DNA of 64,000 nucleotides from Candidatus Hydrogenedentota bacterium (GCA_963674865.2 CAXXYE010000009.1:512001-576000); one strand, 5' to 3'. Counted from the first letter of the stretch, positions 18,374 through 28,845 are shown. The notes: generated by a model not told the origin, from the letters alone. Numbers and translations are program-made.

Positions 18374-19816
18374 GTGTTGGACCTCGTATTGACTTCCGCA
18401 GCGGCGCTCGCGTTGTTGCTTGTGCCCTCGGTGGCAAGCGCCGGCGCGTTCAGCGTTCGTGATTTTGGCGCACAGGGCGATCGAAACACCGATGATCAGA
18501 CAAGCATTCAGGCCGCCGTCGATGCCTGCGCCCAGGCCGGGGGAGGAATCGTGCTCTTCCCTCCCGGGAACTACCTTTCCAGCACGATTCACCTCAAGAG
18601 CCATGTCCAAGTCCAACTGGATGCGGGCGCGACACTCTGGGTGAATCCGTCGCCGTCCGGATATGAACACCCCTCGCACGGCCACCTCTTCGTGGCTGAA
18701 GACGCGGAGCACATCTCGATCATTGGTTCGGGCATCATTCACGGCCAGGGGACGGCCGATCACGGAAGGCGCCCAGGTGTTCCCAAAGAGAAGTTGCCCT
18801 TTCGTACAGGTATCCTACGATTCGAGCGATGCCGGCACGTGGCGATCCGCAATGTAGCGATACTCTACAGCGACGCCTGGACCCTCCACTTCAAACGCTG
18901 TGAGATGGTGTTCATCGACGGCGTCACTATTCTCAACAACTACTATCGCGTAAACTCGGACGGCATCGATCCGGACTCATGCCGCGATGTTCACATCTCC
19001 AACTGCCACATTGTGGCGGGCGATGACTGCATTGTCCTGAAATCCACTGAGGCCTATCCGTGTGAGAATGTGGTCGTCACCAACTGCACGCTCGAGAGTA
19101 TCGCGACGGCCGTGAAACTCGGTACGGAATCACTGGGCGACTTCCGCGACATCCATTTCTCCAACTGCGTCATCCGCAACACGTCGGTGGGAATAGGTTT
19201 CTATCTGAAAGACGGCGCCGTGATGGAGCGCGTCAGCTTTTCCAACATGTCTATCGAAACCGCCGACCCGGTGCAGGTGAGTCACGTCGTATTCCCCATC
19301 TTCATGGATATCGAACAGCGCCATGCTGATTCGCAGATCGGCGCCATTCGTGATGTGACTTTCAATAACATCCAGGTCGGCAGTGGAAGCGGGATACTCA
19401 TTCAAGGCATGCCCGAAAGCCTCATAGAGAACCTGACGATACGGGATCTGAACTTCCGCGTGGAGCGCGCCGACAGCTACGACGGGCGGACGAAGGCCGT
19501 GGGCGGGAGACGCACGACGGGCGACGATCGCGATGTTCTCTACGCGAGACAGCCCTCGTATGTTGCGTTGGCCTACGTCAGGGGCCTCATGCTGGACAAC
19601 GTGCGTGTCACCATAGCGGCGGATGCGTTCCGTGAGTATGAACGCTCGGCGGTGTCCGGACACGGACTCCAGGACGGCACGATTCGAGGAGTGTCTCGCT
19701 CTCCGGCCGGCGGCAGTGGGGAAATGCCTGTGGTTGCCCTGCAAGCCTGTCGCTCAGTTTCTACGATGAGCTGCGGCGCCGCTCTCAGTGACGCTGCCTC
19801 ATCACCGGATCCGTGA
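18374..19816 (+). CDS. Secreted GH28-like pectin-lyase-fold glycoside hydrolase
   Basis: Signal peptide; VRDFGAQGD, NSDGID, GDDCIVLKS, KLGTES; beta-helix repeats; RBS GAGGAG before GTG 18374. Confidence 0.82.
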   Translation: MLDLVLTSAAALALLLVPSVASAGAFSVRDFGAQGDRNTDDQTSIQAAVDACAQAGGGIVLFPPGNYLSSTIHLKSHVQVQLDAGATLWVNPSPSGYEHPSHGHLFVAEDAEHISIIGSGIIHGQGTADHGRRPGVPKEKLPFRTGILRFERCRHVAIRNVAILYSDAWTLHFKRCEMVFIDGVTILNNYYRVNSDGIDPDSCRDVHISNCHIVAGDDCIVLKSTEAYPCENVVVTNCTLESIATAVKLGTESLGDFRDIHFSNCVIRNTSVGIGFYLKDGAVMERVSFSNMSIETADPVQVSHVVFPIFMDIEQRHADSQIGAIRDVTFNNIQVGSGSGILIQGMPESLIENLTIRDLNFRVERADSYDGRTKAVGGRRTTGDDRDVLYARQPSYVALAYVRGLMLDNVRVTIAADAFREYERSAVSGHGLQDGTIRGVSRSPAGGSGEMPVVALQACRSVSTMSCGAALSDAASSPDP

Positions 19817-19834
19817 ACGCGCGGGAGATTTTCT

Positions 19835-22117
19835 TCAGGAGCGCACCCGCGAGAGCGAGATGAAGACAAGGGTAGGTGAGCCTGTCTCGGCCAGACTCGT
19901 GAGCGCCCATGCGCCATCCGGGGAAACGTAAACATCGGGGATTGTCCCCGAGCCCAGATAGGTAAGCTGGACACGCTGATGGGGCGGGCGGGGATCAACG
20001 GCCCACACCTGGTAGAGCCCCTTGCGATCCTTCGCCGTGACGACGAGGCGTTCACCCCTGAAGTCCCAGGCGCACGAGGCGGCGGCGCCGAGTTCCGCCT
20101 CGACGGCGCCGTCATCGGAGCGGATCAATCTCAAGACGCCCGTGCCGTCCTTCTCTCGGAAAGCCACGGCGAGCCGGCGGCCATCCGGGGAAAAGGGGGC
20201 CGCGGCCACTTGGAGATCTCCGGCGGCCAGTAGGCGTCCCTGAGGATTCGAGCCATCCGCCGGGGCCACGAGCAGTTTCGCCCCGCTTCTCCCGGCATCA
20301 CAGAGGAAAGTGAGTTGGCTGCCGTCCGGGGAATAGTTGAGCTGACGTACCGGAACCACCGTCCGCGCCACAACCGAGTACGTATCAGCGAAGAGTTTTC
20401 CGAATCCGGCGACTTGGGCTATCTCCCAGGCGTCTCCCCGCTCGGTAGCGCAGGCGATGGCCAAGGCCCTTCCGTCGGCCCGAACGTCCGCGGCCTCGAC
20501 GCTCCCAATCGCCGGGGGAAGGCCGCCCGGGCCGGCCTCGCGGGGAAAGGTGAGCACGGAGTGCGTCGCGGGCCTGGCGGGCTCACACATATAAGACAAG
20601 AGCGAGCCCACGGGAGGGCCCGTTCCGTTTTCCCTCTCTATGTAACGCAAGAGCGCGCGGCCTTGCCATGCGGTTTCATGAGCGCCGTGAGGCCCAAATG
20701 TCAACACGCACAGCGCCGGTTCGCGGCGGGCGTCATCCACCGGCTTTACAGGCGCAAAAGAAATGCGTGCCTGCCGCCCGGCCGGGTCGAGCGCGTAGAC
20801 GGCATATTGGCCCTCCCGGGCTGTATCGGACTGGCCTGCGAATTCGACTAAGGTCTCGGAGCCGCCGGAGGGCCAGCCCGCCCGCTTCAGGTGAAAGCCG
20901 GGCAGGTGGATGGGCGCCAGGATGATGCCTTGGGCCTCATTGATCCATGTGGCACAGGCGCCGCCGTAGGCCCAGCGATGAATCCCGTGGTCTCTCCCGT
21001 AGACGGTGTCGTGCGGAGCGGCCCAGCGTGCTCGTGAGAATGCCAATCCACCGATAGCCAAGGTCGCCGCGAGGGCGGCGCCCACCACGGCCAGCAGAAG
21101 CATGCGGTCAATCAGTTTGTGCCGCGTCTTCTGGAATCGCTCACGGAGCGCCCGCGGAAGAAGAGGTCTCCGCGCGGAACGGATGTGCTTCTCGGCGGGG
21201 AGAGGTGTGGGTGTGCCCATCGTTTGCCGGAATGAGGCAAACACGTCGGCCATTCCCTCGGCCTCATCTAGCGATTCACCTGCGCTTACACGCGCGATGG
21301 CATCGGCGAGCGCCTCGGCGTTTGCGGGGCGGTCCTTCGGATCCTTTTCAATCATGAAGGCCACAAGGCGCTCGACGTCCCGGGGAACATCAGGCATCAA
21401 CTCCTTCAGCCGCGTGGGTGGGCCGGCGATGATCTTCCGAATGAGCGAGACGGGTGTCGATGCCTCGTAGGGCAAACGCCCCGAAATCATCTGAAAGAGT
21501 ACGACGCCCAAGGAGTAGATATCGCTCGACGCGGTGATAAGCTTGTTTTGGCATCGCTCAGGCGACATGTATTGCGGCGTCCCCAGGCGCGATCCATCCA
21601 GCGTAAGCTGGACCTCCGCGGAGAGCAGTTTGGCGATTCCAAAATCGAGCACGTGGACGTGGTCATCAGCGCCGATGAGGATGTTGCCCGGCTTGATATC
21701 GCGATGGATGATCCTGGCTTCGTGGGCGCACGCCAAGGCTCGCGCCACTTGCTCGGCCAGGTACAGCGCGCGTTGAACGTCGAGATGATTCTCTCGTTCG
21801 AGGATCCGGCTCAGGGCCTCGCTTTCGAGGTATTCCATCGCCATGTATGGGATGTTGCCTACCGAACCTACGGAGTAGATGTGGACAATGTTTGGGTGGT
21901 CCAGCTGGGCGACGGCTTCGGCCTCCCGGTAGAACCGGGCGATAAGATTGGAGTGGCCGCGCAGGTGTTCCCGGAGCACTTTGAGGGCGCAGGTTCGCTC
22001 AAGGGATACATCAACGGCGCGGTAAACCACGCCCATGCCGCCTTGGCCTACCGTCTCGAGGATCCGGTAGTTGCCGAACATGGCACAGGAAGATGCGGCT
22101 CCTGTATCTCCTTGCAT
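19835..22117 (-). CDS. Membrane Ser/Thr protein kinase with extracytoplasmic TolB/WD40-like beta-propeller
   Basis: GQGGMG, ALK, HRDIKPGN, DFG, GTPQYMSPE; one TM helix; repeated SPDG motifs. Confidence 0.9.
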   Translation of the reverse strand: MQGDTGAASSCAMFGNYRILETVGQGGMGVVYRAVDVSLERTCALKVLREHLRGHSNLIARFYREAEAVAQLDHPNIVHIYSVGSVGNIPYMAMEYLESEALSRILERENHLDVQRALYLAEQVARALACAHEARIIHRDIKPGNILIGADDHVHVLDFGIAKLLSAEVQLTLDGSRLGTPQYMSPERCQNKLITASSDIYSLGVVLFQMISGRLPYEASTPVSLIRKIIAGPPTRLKELMPDVPRDVERLVAFMIEKDPKDRPANAEALADAIARVSAGESLDEAEGMADVFASFRQTMGTPTPLPAEKHIRSARRPLLPRALRERFQKTRHKLIDRMLLLAVVGAALAATLAIGGLAFSRARWAAPHDTVYGRDHGIHRWAYGGACATWINEAQGIILAPIHLPGFHLKRAGWPSGGSETLVEFAGQSDTAREGQYAVYALDPAGRQARISFAPVKPVDDARREPALCVLTFGPHGAHETAWQGRALLRYIERENGTGPPVGSLLSYMCEPARPATHSVLTFPREAGPGGLPPAIGSVEAADVRADGRALAIACATERGDAWEIAQVAGFGKLFADTYSVVARTVVPVRQLNYSPDGSQLTFLCDAGRSGAKLLVAPADGSNPQGRLLAAGDLQVAAAPFSPDGRRLAVAFREKDGTGVLRLIRSDDGAVEAELGAAASCAWDFRGERLVVTAKDRKGLYQVWAVDPRPPHQRVQLTYLGSGTIPDVYVSPDGAWALTSLAETGSPTLVFISLSRVRS

Positions 22118-22161
22118 GCTCCCTCTCTTCCGCTAACGCCTGCGGACGTCGTTGCGTTGGC

Positions 22162-24456
22162 TCATGTATGTAGTTTCACCGATACCGGCGCCAAATCGAC
22201 GAATACAAGCGAGGGGCGATTCGCCCTGCGGGCAACGGCAACCGCCCACGCGCCATCGCCTGAGACAGCGCATTCTTCCAGCACGCCTTGTTCAACGGCG
22301 GTGATCGGAGCCTTGTCATAGGGGGACTGCACCGAAACCGCCCAAAGCTGACGTGCCTCTTTCTCCTGGCCCGCGCCGGCGGCCGCACCGTGGCCGGCGA
22401 CGACCAGGTAGCCTGAGCGATGCCACGCGTCCTCGCTCAATCGGCCGTATCCAAGACGCTCCAATATGCGTCCGTCGCGGGAATCAATCAGGACGATTTC
22501 CGGATCGCCGTCGCCTCCGGATTCGATGTTGAGTGCAATGCGGCGCCCGTCGGGACTGAAAGCATAGGTGTCGCCCAAGGCTCCGATGGCCAACGGCATC
22601 CCGTTGGTTTCGGAACCGTCCGAAGCGACCACCCAAAGCTCGCGGTCTGAGGGGCCACTATCTCGGATGTAGGCGATTCGACTACCGTCGTCAGAGTATT
22701 GAACACTCTCGGGCAATATGTCGGCCCCGGCCGTCGTCAGCCGGCGTCCCACACGGCCGGCCGGCCTCCAGCGGGTATCCCGCTCGACGAGGTAATTGCT
22801 CCCCCAGGCACGATCGTAAAGAACCAAGCAGAGCGTAAACCCGTCGGGCCCAGGTACGGCATGGCCTGGGGCGTGCGCTCCGGGTAGGCCCGCAACACCG
22901 GGACGCCACGCATCCGCACGTGTTCTGTATAACGGCGTAGGCCTTGGCAGGGCCTCGTTCCACTTCTGAGCCACCACGACGACTTCTTGCGGCCCCCGGT
23001 GAGCCGGGCCGTCGCAAAGCCCCAGGAACACGCTTTCGCGAAGCGTGGCTTCGTCCAGCAGAGGTGGCGTCCACAAGACACTCGTGCGGGGAAGCCATGC
23101 ACGCGGCGAGGGACCGTCCATCAGTGGGCCTGAAGGAGGCTGGAGACTTAACGCCGTACGCGTGGACGGGTCGATTGCCAGCAGGCCGGAGGCCTCTTGC
23201 GTGAGCGTGCCGTCAAGGCCGCGGGCGCGCACAACGGCCACGGGCTTCTCGCCAACCCAGGTTACCTCAGCAAAGCCGAAGCCCGGCGCCGCGAATTGAG
23301 CCAGTATCTCGCCTTCCCGCCCAAGACTGAACGCGACAGCATCCAGGTTCGGCGCATCCTCGATGCGCGGCTGTGGGGCCGTTCGCAAGACAAACACCCC
23401 GATCACGAAAGCCGCAACAACGGCCACGAGGGCGGCGGAGAGCAGCACCCGAGGACGCCGCCACACCCGGGGCTTGGTTCGTCCGGCCACGGGATGGCGC
23501 GTCTTGCTGCGTTTCTGGGGCGGGGTCGTGAGGAGCCGCAATGGCCGCGGCTCTGCCTGTTCCCTGATGAACTCCGCGAGCGCTGTAGGCAGCGCCGACT
23601 CGCCTCCCTCACTTTCTTGCAGATGGACAATTGTCTCGCAAACAGCCCGGCAACTCTCGGGGCGGCTCCCGGGTTGCTTCTCGAGGAGGTGCGCAACCAG
23701 GCGGGCCACATCGTCAGGTACATCCGGCACAAGCTTGTTGAGACGGGGCGCATCATCGTTCGAGATGCTCTTCACCAACGCCATGGCCGAGTCGCCCGTA
23801 TACGGCAACTGGCCGGCGATCATCTGGTGCAGCGTGACACCCAACGAAAAAAGGTCACTGGCGGGGGTGGCTTCTTTGTTGTCGCAAAGCTCGGGAGACA
23901 TATACTGGGGCGTCCCGATAAGCCCGCCCCCCTCGGAGTCGAGGTGACCCGCCGTCTGCACGTTGGCAATTCCGAAGTCCGTTAAGCGCACCCGGCCGCT
24001 GTGGTCGAGCATGATGTTCGCGGGCTTCACATCACGATGTACGATGCCGCGCTCATGCGCGCACTGGAGAGCTTGCGCCACTTGATACGCGATATGCAGC
24101 GCGTTCGGCCACTTGACGGAAACCTTGCGGCGGAGAAAGCGGTCAAGCGGTTCGCCCTCGACGTACTCCATCGCAATATATGGTGTGCCTTCTTCGATGC
24201 CTGCCGCGTAGATACGCACGATGTTGGGATGACGCAGTGGCGCCGTGGCCTGCGCCTCCTGATGGAACCGACGCACAACTGCCTGGTTCCGCGCGAGGCT
24301 GCCCAGAAGAACCTTGAGGGCCACATTGCGGTTGAGCGATGTATCACGAGCAAGGTAGACGGTAGCCATGGCGCCGCGGCCGACAAGGCCGAGCACTTCG
24401 TAGACCCCGAGCGTTGCCCCTACAAGAGAGGCGTGCCCCCGTTCAGTTGATACCAT
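22162..24456 (-). CDS. Membrane Ser/Thr protein kinase with TolB/WD40-like beta-propeller (paralogue of 19835-22117)
   Basis: GRGAMA, HRDVKPAN, DFG, GTPQYMSPE; TM helix; YSDDG/FSPDG repeats. Confidence 0.9.
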   Translation of the reverse strand: MVSTERGHASLVGATLGVYEVLGLVGRGAMATVYLARDTSLNRNVALKVLLGSLARNQAVVRRFHQEAQATAPLRHPNIVRIYAAGIEEGTPYIAMEYVEGEPLDRFLRRKVSVKWPNALHIAYQVAQALQCAHERGIVHRDVKPANIMLDHSGRVRLTDFGIANVQTAGHLDSEGGGLIGTPQYMSPELCDNKEATPASDLFSLGVTLHQMIAGQLPYTGDSAMALVKSISNDDAPRLNKLVPDVPDDVARLVAHLLEKQPGSRPESCRAVCETIVHLQESEGGESALPTALAEFIREQAEPRPLRLLTTPPQKRSKTRHPVAGRTKPRVWRRPRVLLSAALVAVVAAFVIGVFVLRTAPQPRIEDAPNLDAVAFSLGREGEILAQFAAPGFGFAEVTWVGEKPVAVVRARGLDGTLTQEASGLLAIDPSTRTALSLQPPSGPLMDGPSPRAWLPRTSVLWTPPLLDEATLRESVFLGLCDGPAHRGPQEVVVVAQKWNEALPRPTPLYRTRADAWRPGVAGLPGAHAPGHAVPGPDGFTLCLVLYDRAWGSNYLVERDTRWRPAGRVGRRLTTAGADILPESVQYSDDGSRIAYIRDSGPSDRELWVVASDGSETNGMPLAIGALGDTYAFSPDGRRIALNIESGGDGDPEIVLIDSRDGRILERLGYGRLSEDAWHRSGYLVVAGHGAAAGAGQEKEARQLWAVSVQSPYDKAPITAVEQGVLEECAVSGDGAWAVAVARRANRPSLVFVDLAPVSVKLHT

Positions 24457-24508
24457 ATCATGGCCTTTGGGCTTGCCTTTGTCCCTATATATTGTGTATC
24501 AAGCCCTA

Positions 24509-24545
24509 TTGTGACGAATTTAACACGCCCAATGGATTGTGTCAA
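24509..24545 (-). promoter_or_regulatory. Sigma70-like promoter of the kinase pair, overlapped by a Rex-box-like sequence
   Basis: Minus strand TTGACA-17nt-TAAATT (24545-24517); plus strand TTGTGACGAATTTAACAC at 24509-24526. Confidence 0.45.
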
Positions 24546-24653
24546 GTAATAATTCCACGAAAAGAAGCCGTAGGTTCCGCGAGTGGGTCCGGCTCAGGAA
24601 GATGAGTCGAGTAAGTACTTGGGCGACAACAAGCTGAAGCGACCGCCGGGCCT

Positions 24654-26117
24654 CTACCGCCTGCGGCCCCTTCTGGTGCGCCCTTGTTCGTCCAGCTCGA
24701 AGGTCCACCGATGTCCTCGGATGTCGATGGCGGTGACAAACTGGAGCGCTAGGGGCGCTTGAGGCGGTACGGTGGCGGGAGGGGCTATGACGGGCGCAGG
24801 ACTCCGCCCGATGGGTGCATCGGCGAAGGATACGATGCCCGCCTCATCGGTTCGGAAGAGGCGCGTCATGCCGTGGCCTCCGGACAGGAGGTCCGCCAAG
24901 AGAAGGGCGGTGTCGATTGGGTCGCCGATCTTTACGTCGAAGAGCTCCGCGGCCATCCGAAAGGTGGCCTCTGAATTGATAAACCAGAGGAAGGCGGTGG
25001 CGGGAAGCAGCTCGTCGGGGTGCTCGAGATAGAACGCGGGCGGGATATCTTTGCGCAGGTAGTGGCCTTTCTCGGCGCGGGCGCTCGCAAGGATGATATC
25101 GCGTCGGAGTCTAAGGCCCGGGCGGCGAGCGAACTGCGTGGTCTGGACGGCGCGGACGATGGATGCGGCGGCGTTTACAGTGAAAACGGGGGCTGTGGGT
25201 CGTTCGCCGCGGAGGAAGAATTCTTCGGAGTTGGTCGGTAGGTTCATGGGGGCTGGCCTCACGATAACGAGCGGCCCGGAAAGGCTCAAGCCATGGTTGG
25301 CGGCGTTCAGCCCTAGGGCCTCGGGCACAACAAAAGCCGCCGTATCAAGCAAGTCGCGGGGAAACGCTCGCACCAGGCTATCGAGGCTCGTCAACTGGGC
25401 AATGTCGAGAGCGCCGTTGTCCAGAAGCAAGAGGCCATGGTTGCGCCAGAAGGCCCGCGTGCTGGCGGGGAAAGCAGGACTTGCTGCGAAGTTTGGAGTC
25501 TCTCGACCCGAGCCGAGGGGCGGTGCGTAGGCGGCGATGGTAAGGCAGGTCTGAACGCTCAACCAGACGTCGTGGCCACCGGGGCGTTGTACGACATCCT
25601 GTGGCCACGACAGGGGATACTTCTCGACCGCGCGATTCAAAATCTGAAACACCGGGCGGAAATCGGCCGGCTCGAGTTCCGTCCGTATCCGGTGGAGCCA
25701 TTGCTGCGCCGCCTCCTGAGAAGACGCCTCGGAGGCCGAGGGAGAGGCAGCCATCCGCCTTCGGCCCTGTTGGACTGCCTCCGCGGCCGCAATTGCCGAT
25801 GCCCGGGCCGCCTGGACTTTGGCCTCGCCCGCTCGACGGAGGGCGTACTGCCAAAAACCGCCCAGTGAGGGCGTGAAAAGACGCTCTTCAAAGTAGTCTT
25901 CAAAGAAAGCTTGCCACTCGTGGGCTGAGGAGTCCTCACTCGCCAATGCGGCGATGGCCGAATCGGCGGCGGCCACATCTTTACCAGCGGACACCTTGTC
26001 GAACAGGGCGGCCAAGTCTGGATCGAGCGTGGGCGTTGATTCAGCGAAAGCCCCGCAGCCTGCCCATAGTACAACGGGCAAACTCACGAGGAGCGTCCTG
26101 GTCACAACGTTCTTCAT
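24654..26117 (-). CDS. Hypothetical exported protein
   Basis: Long ORF; signal-like N-terminus MKNVVTRTLLVSLPVVLWAGC; no recognised family; start uncertain. Confidence 0.65.
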   Translation of the reverse strand: MKNVVTRTLLVSLPVVLWAGCGAFAESTPTLDPDLAALFDKVSAGKDVAAADSAIAALASEDSSAHEWQAFFEDYFEERLFTPSLGGFWQYALRRAGEAKVQAARASAIAAAEAVQQGRRRMAASPSASEASSQEAAQQWLHRIRTELEPADFRPVFQILNRAVEKYPLSWPQDVVQRPGGHDVWLSVQTCLTIAAYAPPLGSGRETPNFAASPAFPASTRAFWRNHGLLLLDNGALDIAQLTSLDSLVRAFPRDLLDTAAFVVPEALGLNAANHGLSLSGPLVIVRPAPMNLPTNSEEFFLRGERPTAPVFTVNAAASIVRAVQTTQFARRPGLRLRRDIILASARAEKGHYLRKDIPPAFYLEHPDELLPATAFLWFINSEATFRMAAELFDVKIGDPIDTALLLADLLSGGHGMTRLFRTDEAGIVSFADAPIGRSPAPVIAPPATVPPQAPLALQFVTAIDIRGHRWTFELDEQGRTRRGRRR

Positions 26118-26276
26118 CAATAACATTATACCTGCCGGACGGGACTGTGCGGACAACTTCATGGATTGTGTCGATAGGTTATACCGCACGAAGCGCAGTT
26201 CGCTGCGGGGGGGGGAGCGATACCAGCCAAAGGTACTTGGCCGAGGGCAGCGTGGCACCATCGCAATAGGGACAAT

Positions 26277-27374
26277 CTACGAAGCGCGCGCGGCAGCTTC
26301 CATACTGTCAAGGAACTGCGCGAAAAGGTAGCGGCTGTCATGAGGCCCCGGCGAGGCCTCAGGGTGATACTGCACGCTGAAGACGGGCCACTCTTTATGC
26401 TGCATGCCTTCGACAGAGCGGTCATTCAAGTTGATGTGCGTGATCTCGACGCGTTCCGGATCGAGGGAATCCGGGTCCACGGCGAAGCCGTGGTTCTGCG
26501 CGCTGATCTCGACGCGCCCCGTCCGGGTCTGAAGCACGGGCTGATTGCCTCCCCGGTGGCCGAACTTGAGCTTGTATGTCGTGCCGCCGAAGGCATGGGC
26601 CAGAATCTGATGTCCCAGACAAATCCCGAAGATCGGCCGCTCTCCGAACAGGTCTTTCACGGTCGGGTAGATATAGGGCAAAGCGGCCGGGTCGCCCGGG
26701 CCGTTTGAAAGAAACACGCCGTGAGGGTCGTGGGACAACACTTCGTCGGCAGTCGCGGTTGCGGGAACCACGGTGACTTTGCAGCCCGCTTCCGCCAAGA
26801 GCCGCAGGATGTTGTACTTGATACCGTAGTCACAGGCTACAACTCGGAACCGGCCGGGTTGGTGCGGATTCCAGACGTAGGGCTCCTTGACGGTGACGGC
26901 CTTCACATGATCGCTTCCCTTCATGTCAGGAGATTCCGCCGCCTTCTTCACGAGTCGCGCATGATCGAAATCGCAGGTACTGATGATCGCGCGCTGCGCG
27001 CCCTTGTTGCGCAGCAGAAGCGTGATCCTCCGTGTGTCGACGCCGTCGATACCTACGATATTGTGCTTCCGGAGATACTCCGGCAGCGTAGCTTGGGCGC
27101 GCCAGTTGCTGGGTTCGTGGCAGCACTCGCGCATGACAAAACCTTGGACAAAGGGCTTGCGGGATTCGACGTCGGCCTCGTTGACGCCGTAGTTGCCGAT
27201 CAGGGGATAGGTCATCGTCACAATTTGGCCGGCGTAGGACGGGTCGGTGAGGATTTCCTGATAGCCCGTCATGCTTGTATTGAACACAAGCTCGCCCGTC
27301 GCCTCACCGTCTGCGCCCACAGCGAAGCCTTCAAATACCGCTCCGTCTTCCAGGGCGAGGATGGCTTTCTTCAC
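26277..27374 (-). CDS. carA: Carbamoyl-phosphate synthase small subunit
   Basis: [51 protein letters not shown] 27374 after GAGGAG. Confidence 0.97.
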   Translation of the reverse strand: MKKAILALEDGAVFEGFAVGADGEATGELVFNTSMTGYQEILTDPSYAGQIVTMTYPLIGNYGVNEADVESRKPFVQGFVMRECCHEPSNWRAQATLPEYLRKHNIVGIDGVDTRRITLLLRNKGAQRAIISTCDFDHARLVKKAAESPDMKGSDHVKAVTVKEPYVWNPHQPGRFRVVACDYGIKYNILRLLAEAGCKVTVVPATATADEVLSHDPHGVFLSNGPGDPAALPYIYPTVKDLFGERPIFGICLGHQILAHAFGGTTYKLKFGHRGGNQPVLQTRTGRVEISAQNHGFAVDPDSLDPERVEITHINLNDRSVEGMQHKEWPVFSVQYHPEASPGPHDSRYLFAQFLDSMEAAARAS

Positions 27375-27631
27375 TTTCGTACTCCTCTTTGGGACGATAC
27401 GGCCCGACGATCCACGCAAACGTACTGCTAGGGGCGAGAGCCCGAGCCCGCGGCCCCAAGGCGATTCGCCTCTTCCCGCTCAATAGAGATCGCCCAAGGA
27501 CTGGGCAAGGCCCTGTCCCTTAGAACACCTGTTGCAGGTTCAGTGAATTCCCCGCATTCCGCCGGACACGGTAGTGTCGGAGGCTTGGCCGGCCAACGAG
27601 GGACACGAGCGCAGCTACGCTCTGCATGCGC

Positions 27632-27661
27632 ATTATATGCGACGGCTGGAGGAAGGAGCAA
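27632..27661 (-). promoter_or_regulatory. Putative sigma70 promoter for carA
   Basis: TTGCTC-18nt-TATAAT on the minus strand, about 250 nt upstream of the carA start. Confidence 0.4.
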
Positions 27662-27908
27662 TGCGCCGGTCCGGGTGCGATACATTGCGCCAATCCGGAC
27701 GATTAGGAACAGGACTCTTGTCACTCAACCTAGGGCCCCATTCGCCCCTGGAAAGAGCGCGATGGGTAAATAAAGGAAGGCCTCAAGACAAACTCGCGTC
27801 AAGGGCCTGCCTTTGGAGTACCTCGCAGTCTTCTCGATATCCCATCATCAACAAGCCCGTCTCTATCGAAGAGAAGGAGAGAGAAATGGGCCAGAGACAA
27901 CTACAAGC

Positions 27909-27977
27909 GAGGCATTCGGGCGAAGTGCTTGCGCGAAGCAAGTACTTCGCCACTGGCAAGGAAACAGGAGATGCCTC
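27909..27977 (-). other. Structured element 3' of the peptide array
   Basis: Inner hairpin GGCGAAGT-G-CTTGC...GCAAG-T-ACTTCGCC (27919-27951) enclosed by an outer GAGGCAT/ATGCCTC stem. Confidence 0.55.
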
Positions 27978-27989
27978 AAGCGGCCTGAG

Positions 27990-28142
27990 TCACTCCGCCT
28001 TGCCAAACAACTCCGACAAGTCGAAGCCGAAAAGGCCCTCAAGCTGAGTAATGACGGCGATCACCTGGATGATCACGTCGAGCACCTGGTCCACATAGAC
28101 AGCCTGGGCCGGCCTACTCTTTGTCAGCGGGCGTGCATGCAC
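27990..28142 (-). CDS. Small peptide P3 (50 aa) MHARPLTKSRPAQAVYVDQVLDVIIQVIAVITQLEGLFGFDLSELFGKAE
   Basis: Manual translation; GGAGG 8 nt before GTG; N-terminus resembles P1/P2; amphipathic helical core. Confidence 0.72.
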   Translation of the reverse strand: MHARPLTKSRPAQAVYVDQVLDVIIQVIAVITQLEGLFGFDLSELFGKAE

Positions 28143-28235
28143 GGAAATACCCTCCAAACCTGAAATCCACGGTGGCTATGCGGGTGGACATTTCGACAAA
28201 TGATAAAGGAAACGAGACGGAACCACCCTTTTCTC

Positions 28236-28284
28236 GTGGCGCTTGCGATATGAGCTGTCCTACTACTCAGATCGCAAACGCCAC
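28236..28284 (-). other. Long intergenic hairpin (about 19 bp stem) between P2 and P3
   Basis: Minus strand GTGGCGTTTGCGATCTGAG...CTCATATCGCAAGCGCCAC. Confidence 0.6.
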
Positions 28285-28395
28285 AAACGTCGAGTGGCCC
28301 GCCCCGTGTCTCTTTCTTCTTCCCGAACCCCCGGCACGCGCTGCGCCGGTTCGTCAGCCACACGGCTGCTCTCGGGCCAAGAAAATGAGGCGATT

Positions 28396-28536
28396 TTACG
28401 CGGCCTCTTTCTCTTCTTTCTCGCCGCCCGTAGCCAGGTCCCAAACATAGTTCCAGGCGTCCGTCAGGGCATCGCAAAGAAGGTCCGACAGACAATCTTC
28501 GACTACGGCTTTGACAGTCATTCTGCGGATGTGCAT
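28396..28536 (-). CDS. Small peptide P2 (46 aa) MHIRRMTVKAVVEDCLSDLLCDALTDAWNYVWDLATGGEKEEKEAA
   Basis: Manual translation; RBS AGGAGG; clear paralogue of P1. Confidence 0.8.
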   Translation of the reverse strand: MHIRRMTVKAVVEDCLSDLLCDALTDAWNYVWDLATGGEKEEKEAA

Positions 28537-28722
28537 CGTTTCTCCCTCCTGTTATACCATTAACCGGCTCTCTCGCTAGAGCCTTCAACGCTGATACGCG
28601 CCGAAAACCACTAAACGAAGAGATACCTTACTGCTCGGGCCACAAACCACGGCCCAAGTACACGCTTCTGCATCTACGCCAAGGACAGCCCTCAGGCTTC
28701 CCTGGAGCGACCGAATCGGGGT

Positions 28723-28845
28723 TTAGTCGCCCTCGACGAGGCCCTTAACGTACGCGTAAATGTCGTTGACGATCGTGCACAGCAACTGCTCAAGGCAAGT
28801 GCCGTCACAAGTAGCCTTCTTCAAACTGATCTGACGAATGTGCAT
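28723..28845 (-). CDS. Small peptide P1 (40 aa) MHIRQISLKKATCDGTCLEQLLCTIVNDIYAYVKGLVEGD
   Basis: Manual translation; RBS AAGGAGG; clear paralogue of P2; promoter about 80 nt upstream. Confidence 0.8.
   Translation of the reverse strand: MHIRQISLKKATCDGTCLEQLLCTIVNDIYAYVKGLVEGD

Noticed and set aside
26207..26215. G9 homopolymer as a phase-variation switch
   Set aside because: Intergenic and outside the spacer of the nearest candidate -10; no support without read data
28124..28138. Alternative ATG-CAC-GCC-CGC-TGA (MHAR*) overlapping the P3 start
   Set aside because: Only four codons; the GTG at 28142 has better RBS spacing and opens the 50 aa frame
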